Assembly: GCF_009914755.1 (NCBI RefSeq)
Contig: NC_060944.1
Length of the DNA stretch: 64,000 bases
Source of the DNA: the human T2T-CHM13v2.0 reference genome, Homo sapiens
Reading direction: 5' to 3' (one strand)
Shown: piece after piece, positions 19,260 through 36,871 of the stretch
Numbering within the stretch: position 1 is the first letter of the stretch
How the letters are laid out: the number at the start of each line of letters is the position of its first letter
Notes under the pieces: model-generated
Seen by the model: the letters and a program-made list of their open reading frames with translations, nothing else
Database searches by the model: none
What the model was told of the DNA's origin: nothing
Program-made: the position numbers and the translations under genes

Positions 19260-20755
19260 GTCCCCTGCCCAGACTACAGGCCCACCAGGCGGCCTCCCTT
19301 TTGCTGACACTCCAGGCCTTCCCCCGGCTCGCGAGCTCCCGAGTTTCCAACACATCGGGCCGGCTCAGGACAGGGTGTGCTTGGAGGCCTCAGGGCCCGG
19401 GGCCCACAGTTCTGGGATCCCCTCTGGTCCTCCACCTTGCCGCGGAAAAATTGTTTTGGATCCCTCACCACCCCTCCTGCAAGGCCCCCTCTTGGCCCAC
19501 ACACCCAGAGCCGTCAGGGTTGCCCAGGGGCGAACAGCCGGCCCAGCCCCGCAGGACCTTTTTCTCACAATGCCCACACCATCATCGCTTGTCCCGACGA
19601 GGACCCGCCCGTGGCCAACGGGACAGGAAGGGCCTGCTTTGCCCCGCGCTGGCACTAAAGCCCCGGCAGCCTGATCCCGGGAAAGGGGCTGACGGACACC
19701 CAGACACACCCCAACACTACTACGAGCAAACCCACCCCGACACACACACAGGCACACATGGACACACACACAGACACACACACACACACGGACACACAAA
19801 GACACACACACGGACACATGGACACACGCACACGGACACACACGGACACACACACAAGGACATACAGACAAAGACACAGACACAGCTTGAAAGAGAGCTA
19901 GGGAGACCGGGATGGAGAGATAGAAATGCGGGGAGAGAGAGAAAAGTAGAGGGGGAGAGAGACAGAAGGTGACAGAAGAGCGAGAGTTGGAGGGGGATGT
20001 AGAGAAAGGGAGAGGGTGAGGAAGTTGTAGAGCGAGAGAGACACAGCCTTGGAGAGGGAGGCTCTGCTCAGGTAGACAGGGCACTTTGAGCAGGCCAGGG
20101 TGAGGTGGAGGGTGCTTGGGCCAGGCTAGAACACGGGGTCAGGGCCGCCCACGCGGGAAAACCAACGGAGCCCTGAGACGTGTTTTTTTTTTTTTCTTGG
20201 ATTGGTTGGTTTCTTTGGAGGTGCGTTTCATATGGTCCTTCCTTTGTTTGCTTCTTTCTGTCTCCTTGATGCGGTGGGCCCCGAGATTTGTAGAGTGCAC
20301 CCGTCCAACTGGTGGAACTATAGCACCGAGCTTGTCCACGGGGCCAGGTCTGGGTCTCTCTCGTGTCCTCGGGACTAGAGTTTACACGACATTGGTGGCA
20401 ATGGGAAACAGGGTGCACAGGGACGGATTTCTTCGTGGCTGGCGAAGACAATGTCCTTCCCCCGGGGAAAGCAGCCCACGGGTTCTGGAGCCGAGGTCTT
20501 GGCTGGCAACTGTGGGACCTGCTGCCCCAACTTCGATGGTTGCGGCGGCGCTTGATGAATGAATTGAATTGCCTGGGGTCCGGGGAGCGGGAAGACACCC
20601 CGGAGGGCAGGAAACCCGCACCTGCGCCTTCCAGGTCTACTACCTGCTGCAGCGCCCTGGCTGGAGCCGGGCTCCTGGTGGGGCTGCAGCCAGGCAAAAG
20701 AGGTGGGATGCTGCCACCTGGCGGTATTGCAGCTGCAGACCCCCACGAGGAGGTT
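19260..20755 (-). repeat. 5S rDNA repeat-unit spacer homolog without the 5S gene
   Basis: Reverse complement from BamHI site 19458-19463 (GGATCCAAAAC...GGCCCGATGTGTTGGAAACTCGGGAGCTCGCGAGCCGGGGGAAGGCC) matches the recalled 5' flank of human 5S genes. Includes the complex CA/TG tract (19695-19880) and purine/pyrimidine tract (19885-20060) typical of that unit. Confidence 0.8.
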
Positions 20756-20923
20756 TCATCTCGACATAAATCGTTTTCTTTCTTCAGCTGATCTGTATCC
20801 CTAATTTTAGATTAATGGTAACTCCACAAATTTAGAGGCACAAAATATGGTTGCCCACACCTTATAATCGCATTACCACCTCCCATTACCACCACCTTTC
20901 CCGCTCCTCCCCACCCTCATCCC

Positions 20924-21040
20924 GTAGACTAGGTCTCGCGATGTTTCCCAGGCTGGCCTCAAACTCCTGCGCTTAAGTTATTTGCCTGCCTTGGCCTCTC
21001 AAAGTGCTGTGATCAGCCCTGTGAGTCACCATGCCCAGCC
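20924..21040 (-). mobile_element. FLAM/Alu left monomer
   Basis: Single Alu-like monomer on the reverse strand. Confidence 0.75.
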
Positions 21041-22179
21041 AACCACCACGAAGTTTTGATTCAGCAGCACTGGGTTGTGGAGCTAAGGACCCACAAATTT
21101 AGAAAAGTTTTTAAATATCATAACGTTTCTGTGAGGAAATAGTATTTGGTATTACATTTTTAGACTCTTTTATAATGTTCTGGTTTTTTCCACTGAGTAC
21201 AGTACTAAGTAGTAATTGGAAAATCACAGCATAAGTCATATTACTTTTTCTAATACAGAGTACTTGGCTATTCTCTAAGCTAAACCTGATCACCTACATT
21301 GAGTAAAAGAAAAAACCCCAGAGTGTGAGGAGACAGGAGATAGTAGCCAAACATCCAAATAGGTGGGAGTGAATAAGGCAGATGACACAGATGAGATGAC
21401 CAAAGGTCAAGGAGAAAGCCAGATCCTAAAGTGTGGTTTGCGAAGCTATGCTCCAATGGAAATCTTTTCCGAGAAGCCCTGATTTCTTTCTCTTGCTTTC
21501 ATTAGAGACAGACATCTTCTGCCCCTTGCTCTTCAATTTTCTAGGACTGGACTTCCCCTTCAACGATCATTCTTCTAGGTTACAAAGAAAATCAAAGCCC
21601 TTTGCATGGCTTACAAGGGACTGGAGGACCTGGCTGCTTGCTGTTTTATTGCTTTTGAGGACATGGGGTCGTTTGTGATTTTTAAGGAACTCTATGTTAA
21701 ACATTTTCTAATTTCCATTTTGAGTCTTGTCTAAAATGTGTGAGAGTAGTGGAGATATTGGGATTTGGTTTAGAAATCCCAGAAACACCACATCCAGATG
21801 TCGTATGTTTTCTGCTTTATAATTTCATATCCTGTGAAGGTTTCAAATGTGATTCTACAGAAATTCATACTCAATAATTTAATCAGAACACTAAGCCTCT
21901 GCCCCATATAATAAAACCAAATATTATCTTACTTCAAAATTTTAAGTTTTTGGTATGTATTGAGGCTAACACTGTAAACACTCTGTGCCATAATTCCTAA
22001 ACTGTAATACGGTTTAATGTATCTACTTTCTACATTTAAAACATGTACTTTGCCATTGAGGAACTTAGAATATTGCTGAGCATGTATTAAATACCCATTT
22101 TTTTCTTGATTTTTAAATAGTTATCATTTTATAGTTTTCTCTTGTTTAGTTTGAAGCTTACTAGGATTTTTGTCATTGA

Positions 22180-22191
22180 TATGTATGTGTG

Positions 22192-22230
<39 letters not shown>

Positions 22231-22320
22231 GTATTTACATAACATATGTAATTGATATATATGTATATGTTTTATATATGCTTTATGCACACTTATGGGA
22301 ATATATGCATGTGTACATAA
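22180..22320. repeat. (TA)n(CA)n compound microsatellite
   Basis: Seen directly in the sequence. Confidence 0.9.
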
Positions 22321-24275
22321 CATTAATTTTTTGACCAATAAAAATTACATAATTATGTATTGTGTATATTACAAAAGTTTGATAGGTATATATATTGTAA
22401 AATGTTTAATACAATTAAGTTGATGAATATTTATGTCACCTTACATGGTTATGTTTTTTGTAGTGAGAGCATTTAAGGTCTCCTACTGTTGTAGCAAATT
22501 TTAAGCATACAAAACACTGTTATTAACTACATTTTAAAGCTATACCTTAGACCCCCAAAACTTATTTATCTTATAACTGAAAGTTTGTACTCTGAACACC
22601 TTATCGTTTTTTCTACCTCCAGGCCTGGTCATTACCATTGTACTCTCTGCTTCTATGAGTTCAGGCTTTTTAAATTCTCCATTTAAGTGAGAATATACAG
22701 TGTTTGTCTTTCTGTGCCTGGCTTATTTTGTGCAGCATAATGTACCCAGGTCCATTCATGTTGTTGAAATAGCAGAATTTCATTCTTTTTTATGGGTGAA
22801 TAATATTTGGTTGTCTTTTTATACCACATTTTCCTTATCCATTCAGCTTCTACAGTTAAGTCTTTTTTTAAAAAAAAATACCCTTGATGGTTGTGAATAT
22901 GCTGCATTGAATATAAGGGTGCAGATAATTTTTGAGATGCTGATTTTATTTTGTTTATAGACAGAAGTGGAATTTCGGGATTGTACGATACTTCTATTTT
23001 TTAAAATAACCTGCTTACTAATTTTCATAATGACTCTTCCAGTTTGCAACTCATTAAGACTGTACAGAAATATTTTGTCACATCCTTGTTAACACTTGTC
23101 ATGTTTCTTTTTTTTGATATTAGCCATTCCAACTGCTGTAAACTGGTATCTTTTGATTTGCAATTTTCTCATGGATGGAATGTTTTGCATCTTTCTACAC
23201 ACCTGTTGGCCATTTGAATATGTTTGTAAAAAATATTTAGTCTTGGTCAGTGGAGCCAAGAGGGCCAAAGAGGAACAGCTCCAGTCTACAGCAACCAGCA
23301 TGAGCGATGCAGAAGATGGGTGATTTCTGCATTTCCAACTAAGGTACCAGGCTAATCTCACAGGGGAGTGCCGGTCAGTGAGTGCAGGACAGTGGGTATA
23401 GTGCACCGCACATGAGCCAAAGCAGGGTGAGGCATCGTCTCATCTGGGAAGCACAAGGGGTCAGGGAATTCCCTTTCCTAGTCAAAGAAAGGGGTGACAG
23501 ATGGCACCTGGAAAATTGGGTCACTCCCACCCTAATACTGAACTTTGTACAACCAGCTTCACAAACAGCACACCAGGAGATTATATCCTGCACATGGCTC
23601 GGAGGGTCCTATGCCCATGGAGCCTTGCTCATTGCTAGCACAGCAGTCTGAGATCAAACTGCAAGGTGGCAGTGGGGCTGGTGGAGGGGCACCCACAATT
23701 GCTCAGGCTTGAGTAGGTAAACAAAGTGGCCAGGAAGCTTGAACTGGGTGGAGCACACCACAGCTCAAGGAGGCCTGCCTGCCTCTGTAGGCTCCACCTC
23801 TGGGGGCAGGGCACAGACAAACAAAAGACAGCAATAACCTCTGCAGACATAAATGTCCCTGTCCCACAGCTTTGAAGAGAGTAGTGGTTCTCCCAGCGCA
23901 CAGCTTGAGATCTGAGAATGGGCAGACTGCGTCCTCAGGTGGGTCCCTAAACCCCGAGTAGCATAACTGGGAGGCACCCCCAAGTAGGGGTGGACTGACA
24001 ACTCACATGGCTGGGTATGCCTCTGAGACAAAACATCCAGAGGAACAATCAGGCAGCAGCATTTGCAGTTCACCAATATCCACTGTTCTGCAGCCACCGC
24101 TGCTGATACCCAGGTAAACAGGATCTGGAGTTGACCTCCAGTAAACTCCGACAGACTTGCAGCTGAGGGTCCTGACTGTTAGAAGGAAAACAAACAAACA
24201 GAAAGGACATCCACACAAAAAAACCCATCTGTACGTCACCATCATCAAAGACCAAAGGTAGATAAAACCATAAAG

Positions 24276-25291
24276 ATGGGGAAAAAACAGAGCAGAAAAC
24301 TGGAAACTCTAAACATCATAGCATCTCTCCTCCTCCAAAGGAACGCTGTGCCTCACCAGCAACAGAACAAAGCTGGACGGAGAATGACTTTGATGAGTTG
24401 AGAGAGGAAGGCTTCAGAAGATCAAATTACTCCGAGCTAAAGGAGGAAGTTCAAACCAATGGCAAAGAAGTTAAAAACTTTGAAAAAAAATTAGATGAAT
24501 GGCTTACTAGAATAACCAATGCAGAAGAGTCCTTAAAGGACCTGATGGAGCTGAAAACCATGACACGAGAACTATGTGATGAATGCACAAGCCTCAGTAA
24601 CCGATGTGATCAACTGGAAGAAAGGGTATCAGTGATGGAAGATGAAATGAATGAAATGAAGCATGAAGAGAAGTTTAGAGAAAAAAGAATAAAAAGAAAC
24701 GAACAAAGACTCCAAGAAATATGGGACTATATGAAAAGACCAAATCTATGTCTAATTGGTGTACATGAAAGTGATGGGGAGAATGGAACCAAGTTGGAAA
24801 TCAATCAGCAGGATATTATCCAGGAGAACTTCCCCAATCTAACAAGGCAGGCCAACATTCACATTCAGGAAATACAGAGAATGTCACAAAGATACTCCTC
24901 GAGAAGAGCAACTCCAAGACACGTCATTGTCAGATTCACTAAAGTTGAAATGAAGGAAAAGATGTTAAGGACAGCCAGAGAGAAAGGTTGGGTTACCCAC
25001 AAAAGGAAGCCCATCAGACTAACAGCTGATCTCTCGGCAGAAACTCTACAATCCAGAAGAGAGTGGGGACCAATATTCAACATTCTTAAAGAAAAGAATT
25101 TTCAACCCAGAATTTCATATCCAGCCAAACTAAGCTTCATAAGTGAAGGAGAAATAAAATCCTTTACAGACAAGCAAATGCTGAGAGATTTTGTCACCAT
25201 CAGACCTGCAATAAAAGAGCTCCTGAAGCAAGCACTAAACATGGAACGGAACAACTGGTACCAGCCACTGCAAAAACATGCCAAATTGTAA
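24276..25291 (+). pseudogene. L1 ORF1p remnant (early frameshift, 297 codons open downstream)
   Basis: ATGGGGAAAAAACAG start; ORF track 24398-25291 ends ...NWYQPLQKHAKL. Confidence 0.92.
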
Positions 25292-25354
25292 AGATCATCG
25301 ATGCTAGGAAGAAACTGCATCAACTAGTGAGCAAAATAACCAGCTAACATCATA

Positions 25355-29191
<3,837 letters not shown>

Positions 29192-30702
29192 ACAATGAGA
29201 ACACATGGACACAGGAAAGGGAACATCACACAGGGGCCTGTTGCGGGGTGGGGGAGGGGGGAAGGATAATATTAGGAGATGTACCTAATGCTAAATGACG
29301 AGTTAATGGGTGCAGCAAACCAACATGGCACATGTATACATATGTAACAAACCTGCACGTTGTGCACATGTACCCTAAAAGTTAAAGTATAATAATAATA
29401 ATAAAAAAAGTTTAGTCTTTTGCTGTTTTTTAGTTGGGTATTATAATTATTATTGTTTAGCTTCTGATTTGTATGAGTTTCTGCTATATTTTGAATACTA
29501 ACCTCTTATCATATATGGTTTGCAAATATTTTATCCCATCTTAAATGTTTTCTTATTTTTTGCTGTGCACAATAATTTAATACACTACAACTTTGTGTCT
29601 GGTTTTATTGCTATACTTTTGATATCATATTTAAAAAAACATTGCCAAGGCCAGTATCATAGTTGCTATTCGTATGCTTTTCTAAAGATTTTCTTTTAAG
29701 GATTTATGTATTAAATTTAAGTCTTTATTTTAAGTCAATTTTTGTGTCTGGTGTAAGAAATATGATCAAGTTTTATTATTGTGCTTGCGAGTATCCAGTT
29801 TTCCCAGCACTAAGTATTGAAAAGGCTACAGTTTTTATATTGCATATTCATAGTGCCCTTGTCAAAGATTAACTTTAGATACATAGATTTACTTCTGGGC
29901 TCTGTATTCTGTTCCATTGGTTTTTGTGTTTGTTCCTATAAACATTCCATTCCATTATGTTTACTGTTGTCTTGAAATGCAGTTTTAAATAATAAAGTAT
30001 AATGTCCCCAGATTTTGTTTTATTCCTCATGATAGCTTTGGCCATTCAATATTTCTTATAGTTTTATATACATTGCAGACTTTATTTTCCATTACTGTAA
30101 AAAGTGGCACAGGAATTTTGATAGGAAGTTGAATTAATCTACAGATTGCTTTGGATAATATGGCACTTAGACAATATTCTTCTAATCCATGGACATGTAA
30201 TATATTTACATTTATTTGTATCTTCTTTATTTTTTATCAATATATTTTATTTTTTATTGTAAAGATCTTTCACCACATTGGTTAAATTTATTGCTAAGAA
30301 ATCTATTATTTTGTTGCTATTGTAAATGAGATTTTTTTTCTTTTTTACTGGTTTGTTGCTACCATATAGAAACAAAACTGATGTGTGTATGCTAATTGTA
30401 TATTCTGCTTCTTCACTGAGTGCATTTATTAGATGCACTATTTATATATAGATGCATTAAACGCATTATTTAAATGTAGTATTTATGTTTTTTTAAATAT
30501 AACATTATGTCATTTACAGACTGTGACGTTATTTCTTCTTTTCAATTTGGATCTTTTAGTTTTTCTTGCTTAATTATTTGATGTAGGACTTAATTGTTCT
30601 ACTAGGACTTCCAGTTCTATGTTAAAACAGAACCGTTAGAATGGGCATAATATAGACTTGCATTGGTGTTTGCACATTTGAAGGAGAAAACACCTCGTTT
30701 CA

Positions 30703-31013
30703 TTTTTTGTTGTTGTTGTTGTTGTTTTGTTTTTGAGATGGAGTCTCGCTCTGTCACCCAGGCTGGAGTGCTGTGGCACGATCTTGGCTCACTGCAACCT
30801 CCACCTCCTGGGCTCAAGCAATTCTCTACCTCAGCATCCCAAGTAGCTGGGATTACAGGCGCCAACCACCATGCCTGGCTAATTTTGGTATTCTTAGTAG
30901 AGACAGTGTTTCACCATCTTGGCCAGGCTGGTCTTGAACTCCTGACCTCTTGATCCACCCACCTCGGCCTCCCAAAGGGCTGGGATTACAGGTGTGAGCC
31001 ACTGTGCCCAGCC
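30703..31013 (-). mobile_element. Alu, AluS-type
   Basis: Full dimer, (TTG)n tail, degenerate TSD ACCTCnnTTCATTTT. Confidence 0.9.
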
Positions 31014-33929
31014 ACCTCTGTTCATTTTTATAAACTGATTTTAGTAGGTAAAGATCTTCATCTGTTGGGTCTCAAGGCTGATGAGATCTTTACTGGGTTT
31101 GCAGTAAAAAGGCTCGTAGCTGTGTCACAATGTGGCTGCCGAATCTGAAGTGGGTGTTACCTTTAGTGGGCTTGTTACCAGGAGCACGTGTGGTTGTGAG
31201 TTCTGTCATGTTTTTGGGCAGGCTGGATTGTCTTCAGGGCTTTGTTTTGTGGAGCAGGCACTAGGGCAGGTTCTGCTATATGCTGGGCCTAATAGCAGAT
31301 GTGTGGGTGAGTGTGGCTCCCACTGAGTACCTAGCAGGTTTTCCCCAGGTTATCTACAAACAGTGACTTTTGAACTGTTTTGTGTGAGTCACGAGTATGA
31401 TGTCCCCAGCTTTTTTCTTATTCCTCATGATTGGCTTGGCCATTCAGCCTACATTGTAGGCTTGCATTTTCTATTACTATAAAAAATGGAACAGGGATTT
31501 TGATAGGGATTTGATTTAACTTACAGATTGCTTTGGATAATATGATACCTTATTAACCAAAGGCCCTGCCTTCTCAAAATGGCCCTTTTCGATCTTGGGT
31601 TTTAGCAAGGTTTCATAATGCCTTGTATCCCAAAGCTTACTATATTGCACAGGCTGTTTTTGAACTACTGGCCTGGCAGTCCTCCCGCCTCAGGCTCCTG
31701 AATCGAGGAGATTACTGTCATGAGCCACTGTGCCTGGATCTCTCATAAAGTTACTTTCGTTGATGGATGGCTGACTAGTTTTTATTGCTGCAGGGGAATA
31801 CAACAGTAGAGACCCCCTATTCCACCACCTTGATAATGTCACTCTCTCCATACACTTCTTCCTTATTTTGTTCTCTTGTATGTTTGTGTGTTATTTTAGG
31901 TTCAAATATTAAGACCAATAGGCTAGGATTTATACATTCTGTAAAAAGTAAATTAGATAGCTAGTAGGTACCATATATATATCATAATGTTTACCCATAA
32001 GATTAAGTTTAGTGCAGGCAAAAAGGACTCATTAAAATTTTCATCCACTTTTTTCAACCTCTATCCAAACTATAATTTATGGCCCAATTTTTATTTTATC
32101 AATTACCCTTAACCATATTTCATAAAATTTACATTTTTTCTTTATTTAGAAATGTGAGGCTATTATTTGCTTTTAAAGGCTGTAATACAGCTTTTTTATT
32201 TTGTGAAATAATAGTACCAATATTATAAATATTCATAGTGTAAATACTTATTCATTAAAATCTTCCCATTAGAGAATTTTATTAATTATTGTAGTGCATT
32301 TCTGTAAAATTGTACCGCCACACACCACAGGGCAATGATTCAAAGTGCCTCGTCTTCACAGATGCACAGTCACAGTTGAACATTGTAGTTATTTAGAAAA
32401 ATTCTTTTCTAGTGTTATATCAATGTTCCAAACAAGATTTTATGGGAAAATATTTCTCCCATTCTAGTTTTGCAATTCCATGTTAACTGTATTTTTATTT
32501 TAGGGTAGATTCCTTGACATTGGTTTATACTATATTTGGTTTTACCTAAGTATTATTTTGGATGACTGTGTGCAGCAACTTTTAACGTACAGTTTATGTC
32601 AATGTGCAGTTTAATTACAATATGAATCAGCCATATATTTATTCACAATTCAAGTTTAACAAACTTAATGAAAACTAAGCAAACTAACGTTACATGATAA
32701 AGCCCCAATCAGCTATCTTATACTTAAGCAAATACACCAAAAAATAGTTTGTAGCTTTATTGCTACTTTTGTTCAAACTATGTTTTATATTCCCTATGAC
32801 CAAGGAAATTTCTGACATTGTCCTACCAGGCTAAAGAAACAAACAAAAAGACAATGATTATACTTTCAAGTAGCAGTTTGTTTAGAGCCCCAGATATTCC
32901 ATCTGTAGACCACTATGCTCATATTTGTTTGTTTTATTAAGGCTGTAGCCCAAAACCTTCCATTTTTGTGGAAATTAAAGCTTTTCAATTCCATACTAAA
33001 GACAGGACAGCCTCATGATCTAAATCCAAGGGTGATGGTTTAGAGTGAGGATGATTTCTTGTTGACACGGAGATGGTTGAGTTCTTCTACAATAAATCTA
33101 TGGGAGAGGCAGGTTGTGATGAGTTGGAAGTGTTGGTTGCCTTCATGGTCTCAAAGTTCTCTGTCAAGTTCACCTCAGCACTGCTGTACTCCTGTTCTGC
33201 TGTCAGGTTGGGAATGCTTGGCCAGCAGTGGTTCTCCACACGGTCCTCAACTGCCGGTGCTTCTCTGATCCACTGCCTGCCAGAAATGCAATTGTAGCAG
33301 AGTAGGCTGGCAAGGGGACACAAGCCAGAGATGGTAACTGGCCACCGCCTGGCTGGGCAAGAGAGGGGTGGGTTCTCAATCCTAGCTCACATGCCAACTG
33401 CCATTGTCATTCCAGCACCCAGTGGTGTCCCCCATAATGTGCACTGCCTGGTCTGAGGTAAATGGAATGCTCAGCTAAGGCCTAAAGTTGAAAAGGGGCT
33501 TTCCAGAGCCCCCAGTGTGCTGGGCATCTCACCAGCCATGGAAAGAGTCTGTGTCCTTGTGGCCAGACAGGCAATAATGGGAGCCTGCCCACATTTCAGG
33601 GCCTTCTGGAGTTTTCACTTGAGAGTTCAGCTCTGGCAACAGAGGACACTTCTGGTGTCCAGAGATTCTCAGTGCCTGGAGGATGTAAAACTGATTGATG
33701 GCATCTGCTGGCTTCTGGGAGCACTGCTTGGCCATGCTTATCTGTGGGCCCCAGCCAAGGCACTGCAGAAATCTTGGTCTCTGGCTAACATTCTGGACTG
33801 TGAGACAGCGTGGCTGCAGCTAGCACTGGATGGAGAGAGTACAGTGTGGTGAAGTGGGGACAATGGGCATTCTGCCACATGGCCTAGGGTTTCTTGTGAC
33901 TCTGGACTGCCCAGGTGCGGTGACCAGAA

Positions 33930-35143
33930 GGCAAACCATTTCTAGGCCACAGCTCAAGGAGGGACAACCCAAACTGAGCCTGGTGATGGTCCTGAGTTGA
34001 GCAGATGAAGCTGGGAGTCCAGGGAGACTAAAGAAGCTCAGATAAACTCTGCAGGGCAGAGTATTCAGGGCATGAAAAGGACAAAGTCACAAAACAAAAA
34101 GCTCCAGAGTCTTCAGCTAAATACTGATCAGCACATGTATGTGTGTAAACTACAAGTCTGGGGGGAAAAATACCGGAAGGAAACAGAAAGAAGAATGCTT
34201 GAACCTCCCACAGAACCAGGCATATTTGTTGTTCCCACCAGCAACAGTGGACAAATCTTATACTTCCGAGACCATTGGATGGAACACTCAGAAAATAATT
34301 GCCTCAGTAGTGTGGAAGATTAGATCTAGGCCGAGGCTGCTAAGGTCCTACTTAACAAGACCTCAAAGAAAACCCTCAAAGAACCAAAATCTTTCCAGAT
34401 AATTTAACTGCATCTTAGAACATAGCTAAATAATATTTATAGGAACCCAACAATATCCAACACACAATAAGATAAATTTCATGTTGTCTGCCATCCGGCT
34501 GAAAATTACCAGACATGTGAAGAAAAAGAAAATGTCTCAATAATGGGAAGAAAACTTGATCAATAGATACAGAAATGGCAAATAAGATGGAATTAGTAGG
34601 CAATGATATTAAAGCTGTTATTGTAATGATAACATTCCACAAGAAGAAGGTAAAGGGAAGCTAGAACATGGAAGTAGAGACATGGAAGATCCAGCTTGAA
34701 CTTCTAGAGATGAAAAATACAATGTCTGAGATGAAAAAATACTAAATGGCATTTAAAATAGAATAGATATTATACAAAAAAGGATTAGTCAACTGGAAGA
34801 TGTAGCAGTAGAAACTATCAAAAATGGAACGTGGAGAAAATAATGGAAAAAATTGAACAGAAAATCAGCACCAACAGGACTAATATATGTGTAATTGGAG
34901 TTCCTGAAGAAGGTGGAGAGAAGAAAAAATATTTGAAAAAAACTGTGGCTGAAAAAATTTAAATTTGAGAAAAACTGTAAACCCAGAGATCTAAGAACCA
35001 ATGAACCTCTAGCACAAGAGACATGAGGATGACACACTGATGCACATCATAATCAAATTGCCCCAAACCAGTGACAAAGAGAAAATCTGAAATGTTACCA
35101 AAGGGAAAAGGACATTACACAGAGAGAAACAAAGATGAAAATA
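33930..35143 (+). mobile_element. Ancient L1M/L1ME 5'-ORF1 region fragment
   Basis: A-rich ORF1-like motifs (GAACTTCTAGAGATGAAAAATACAATGTCTGAGATG; GTAATTGGAGTTCCTGAAGAAG). Boundaries approximate. Confidence 0.65.
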
Positions 35144-35547
<404 letters not shown>

Positions 35548-35654
35548 TCAGATCCTGCTTCTGTGAAGTGGTATAATGTTGATGGCAGCCAATGCTAAGT
35601 GAAATACATATACTGTATTATTCTGTTCTTGCACTGCTATAAAGAAATGTCTGA

Positions 35655-36535
35655 CACTTCTCAAAAGAAGACATTTATGCAGCCAAAAAACACATGAAAA
35701 AAATGCTCATCATCGCTGGCCACCAGAGAAATGCAAATCAAAACCACAATATCATCACTGGCCATCAGAGAAATCCAAATCAAAACCACAATGAGATACC
35801 ATCTCACACCAGTTAGAATGGCAATCATCAAAAAGTCAGGAAACAACAGGTGCTGGAGAGGATGTGGAGAAATAGGAACACTTTTACACTGTTGGTGGGA
35901 CTGTAAACTAGTTCAACCATTGTAGAAGTCGGTGTGGCGATCCCTCAGGTATCTAGAACTAGAAATATCATTTTACCCAGCCATCCCATTACTGGGTATA
36001 TACCCAAAGGATTATAAATCATGCTGCTATAAAGACACATGCACACATATGTTTATTGCGGCACTATTCACGATAGCAAAGACTTGGAACCAACACAAAT
36101 GTCCAACAATGATAGACTGGATTAAGAAAATGTGGCACATATACACCATGGAATACCATGCAGCCATAAAAAATGATGAGTTCATGTCCTTTGTAGGGAC
36201 ATGAATGAAGCTGGAAACCATCATTCTCAGCAAACTATCGCTAGGACAAAAAACAAAACACCACATGTTCTCATTCATAGCTGGGAATTGAACAATGAGA
36301 ACACATGGACACAGGAAGGGGAACATCACACACCGGGGACTGTTGTGGGGTGGGGGAGGGGGGAGCGATAGCATTAGGAGATATACCTAATGCTAAATGA
36401 CGAGTTAATGGGTGCAGCACACCAACATGACACATGTATACGTATGTAACAAACCTGCACTTTGTGCACATGTACCCTAAAACTTAAGGTATAATAATAA
36501 TAATTTAAAAAATAATAATAAATAAATTCAAAGAA
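35655..36535 (+). mobile_element. 5'-truncated L1PA3/4 3' end with a 42-bp internal tandem duplication
   Basis: ORF2 C-terminus, 3'UTR and tail; TSD AAAGAAAT(G/T)TCTGA at 35641-35654 and 36536-36549; duplication 35709-35750/35751-35792. Confidence 0.93.
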
Positions 36536-36555
36536 AAAGAAATTTCTGAGACTGG

Positions 36556-36871
<316 letters not shown>

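Noticed and set aside
20438-20452. AGEDN peptide resembling the PCMTD1 N-terminus
   Set aside because: Five-residue coincidence inside 5S-spacer-like sequence with no flanking similarity.
20635-20640. 5S rRNA gene start (GTCTAC)
   Set aside because: The match ends after six bases, has no internal A/C boxes, and is on the wrong strand relative to the spacer homology.
19301-20791. ORFs of 140-240 aa in the GC-rich block
   Set aside because: Expected from high GC and CA/GA repeats; no recognisable protein family.
23375-23700. Intact L1 ORF0 on the antisense strand
   Set aside because: Only the partial IRVGVTQFSRC similarity remains; the ORF0 start codon is mutated.
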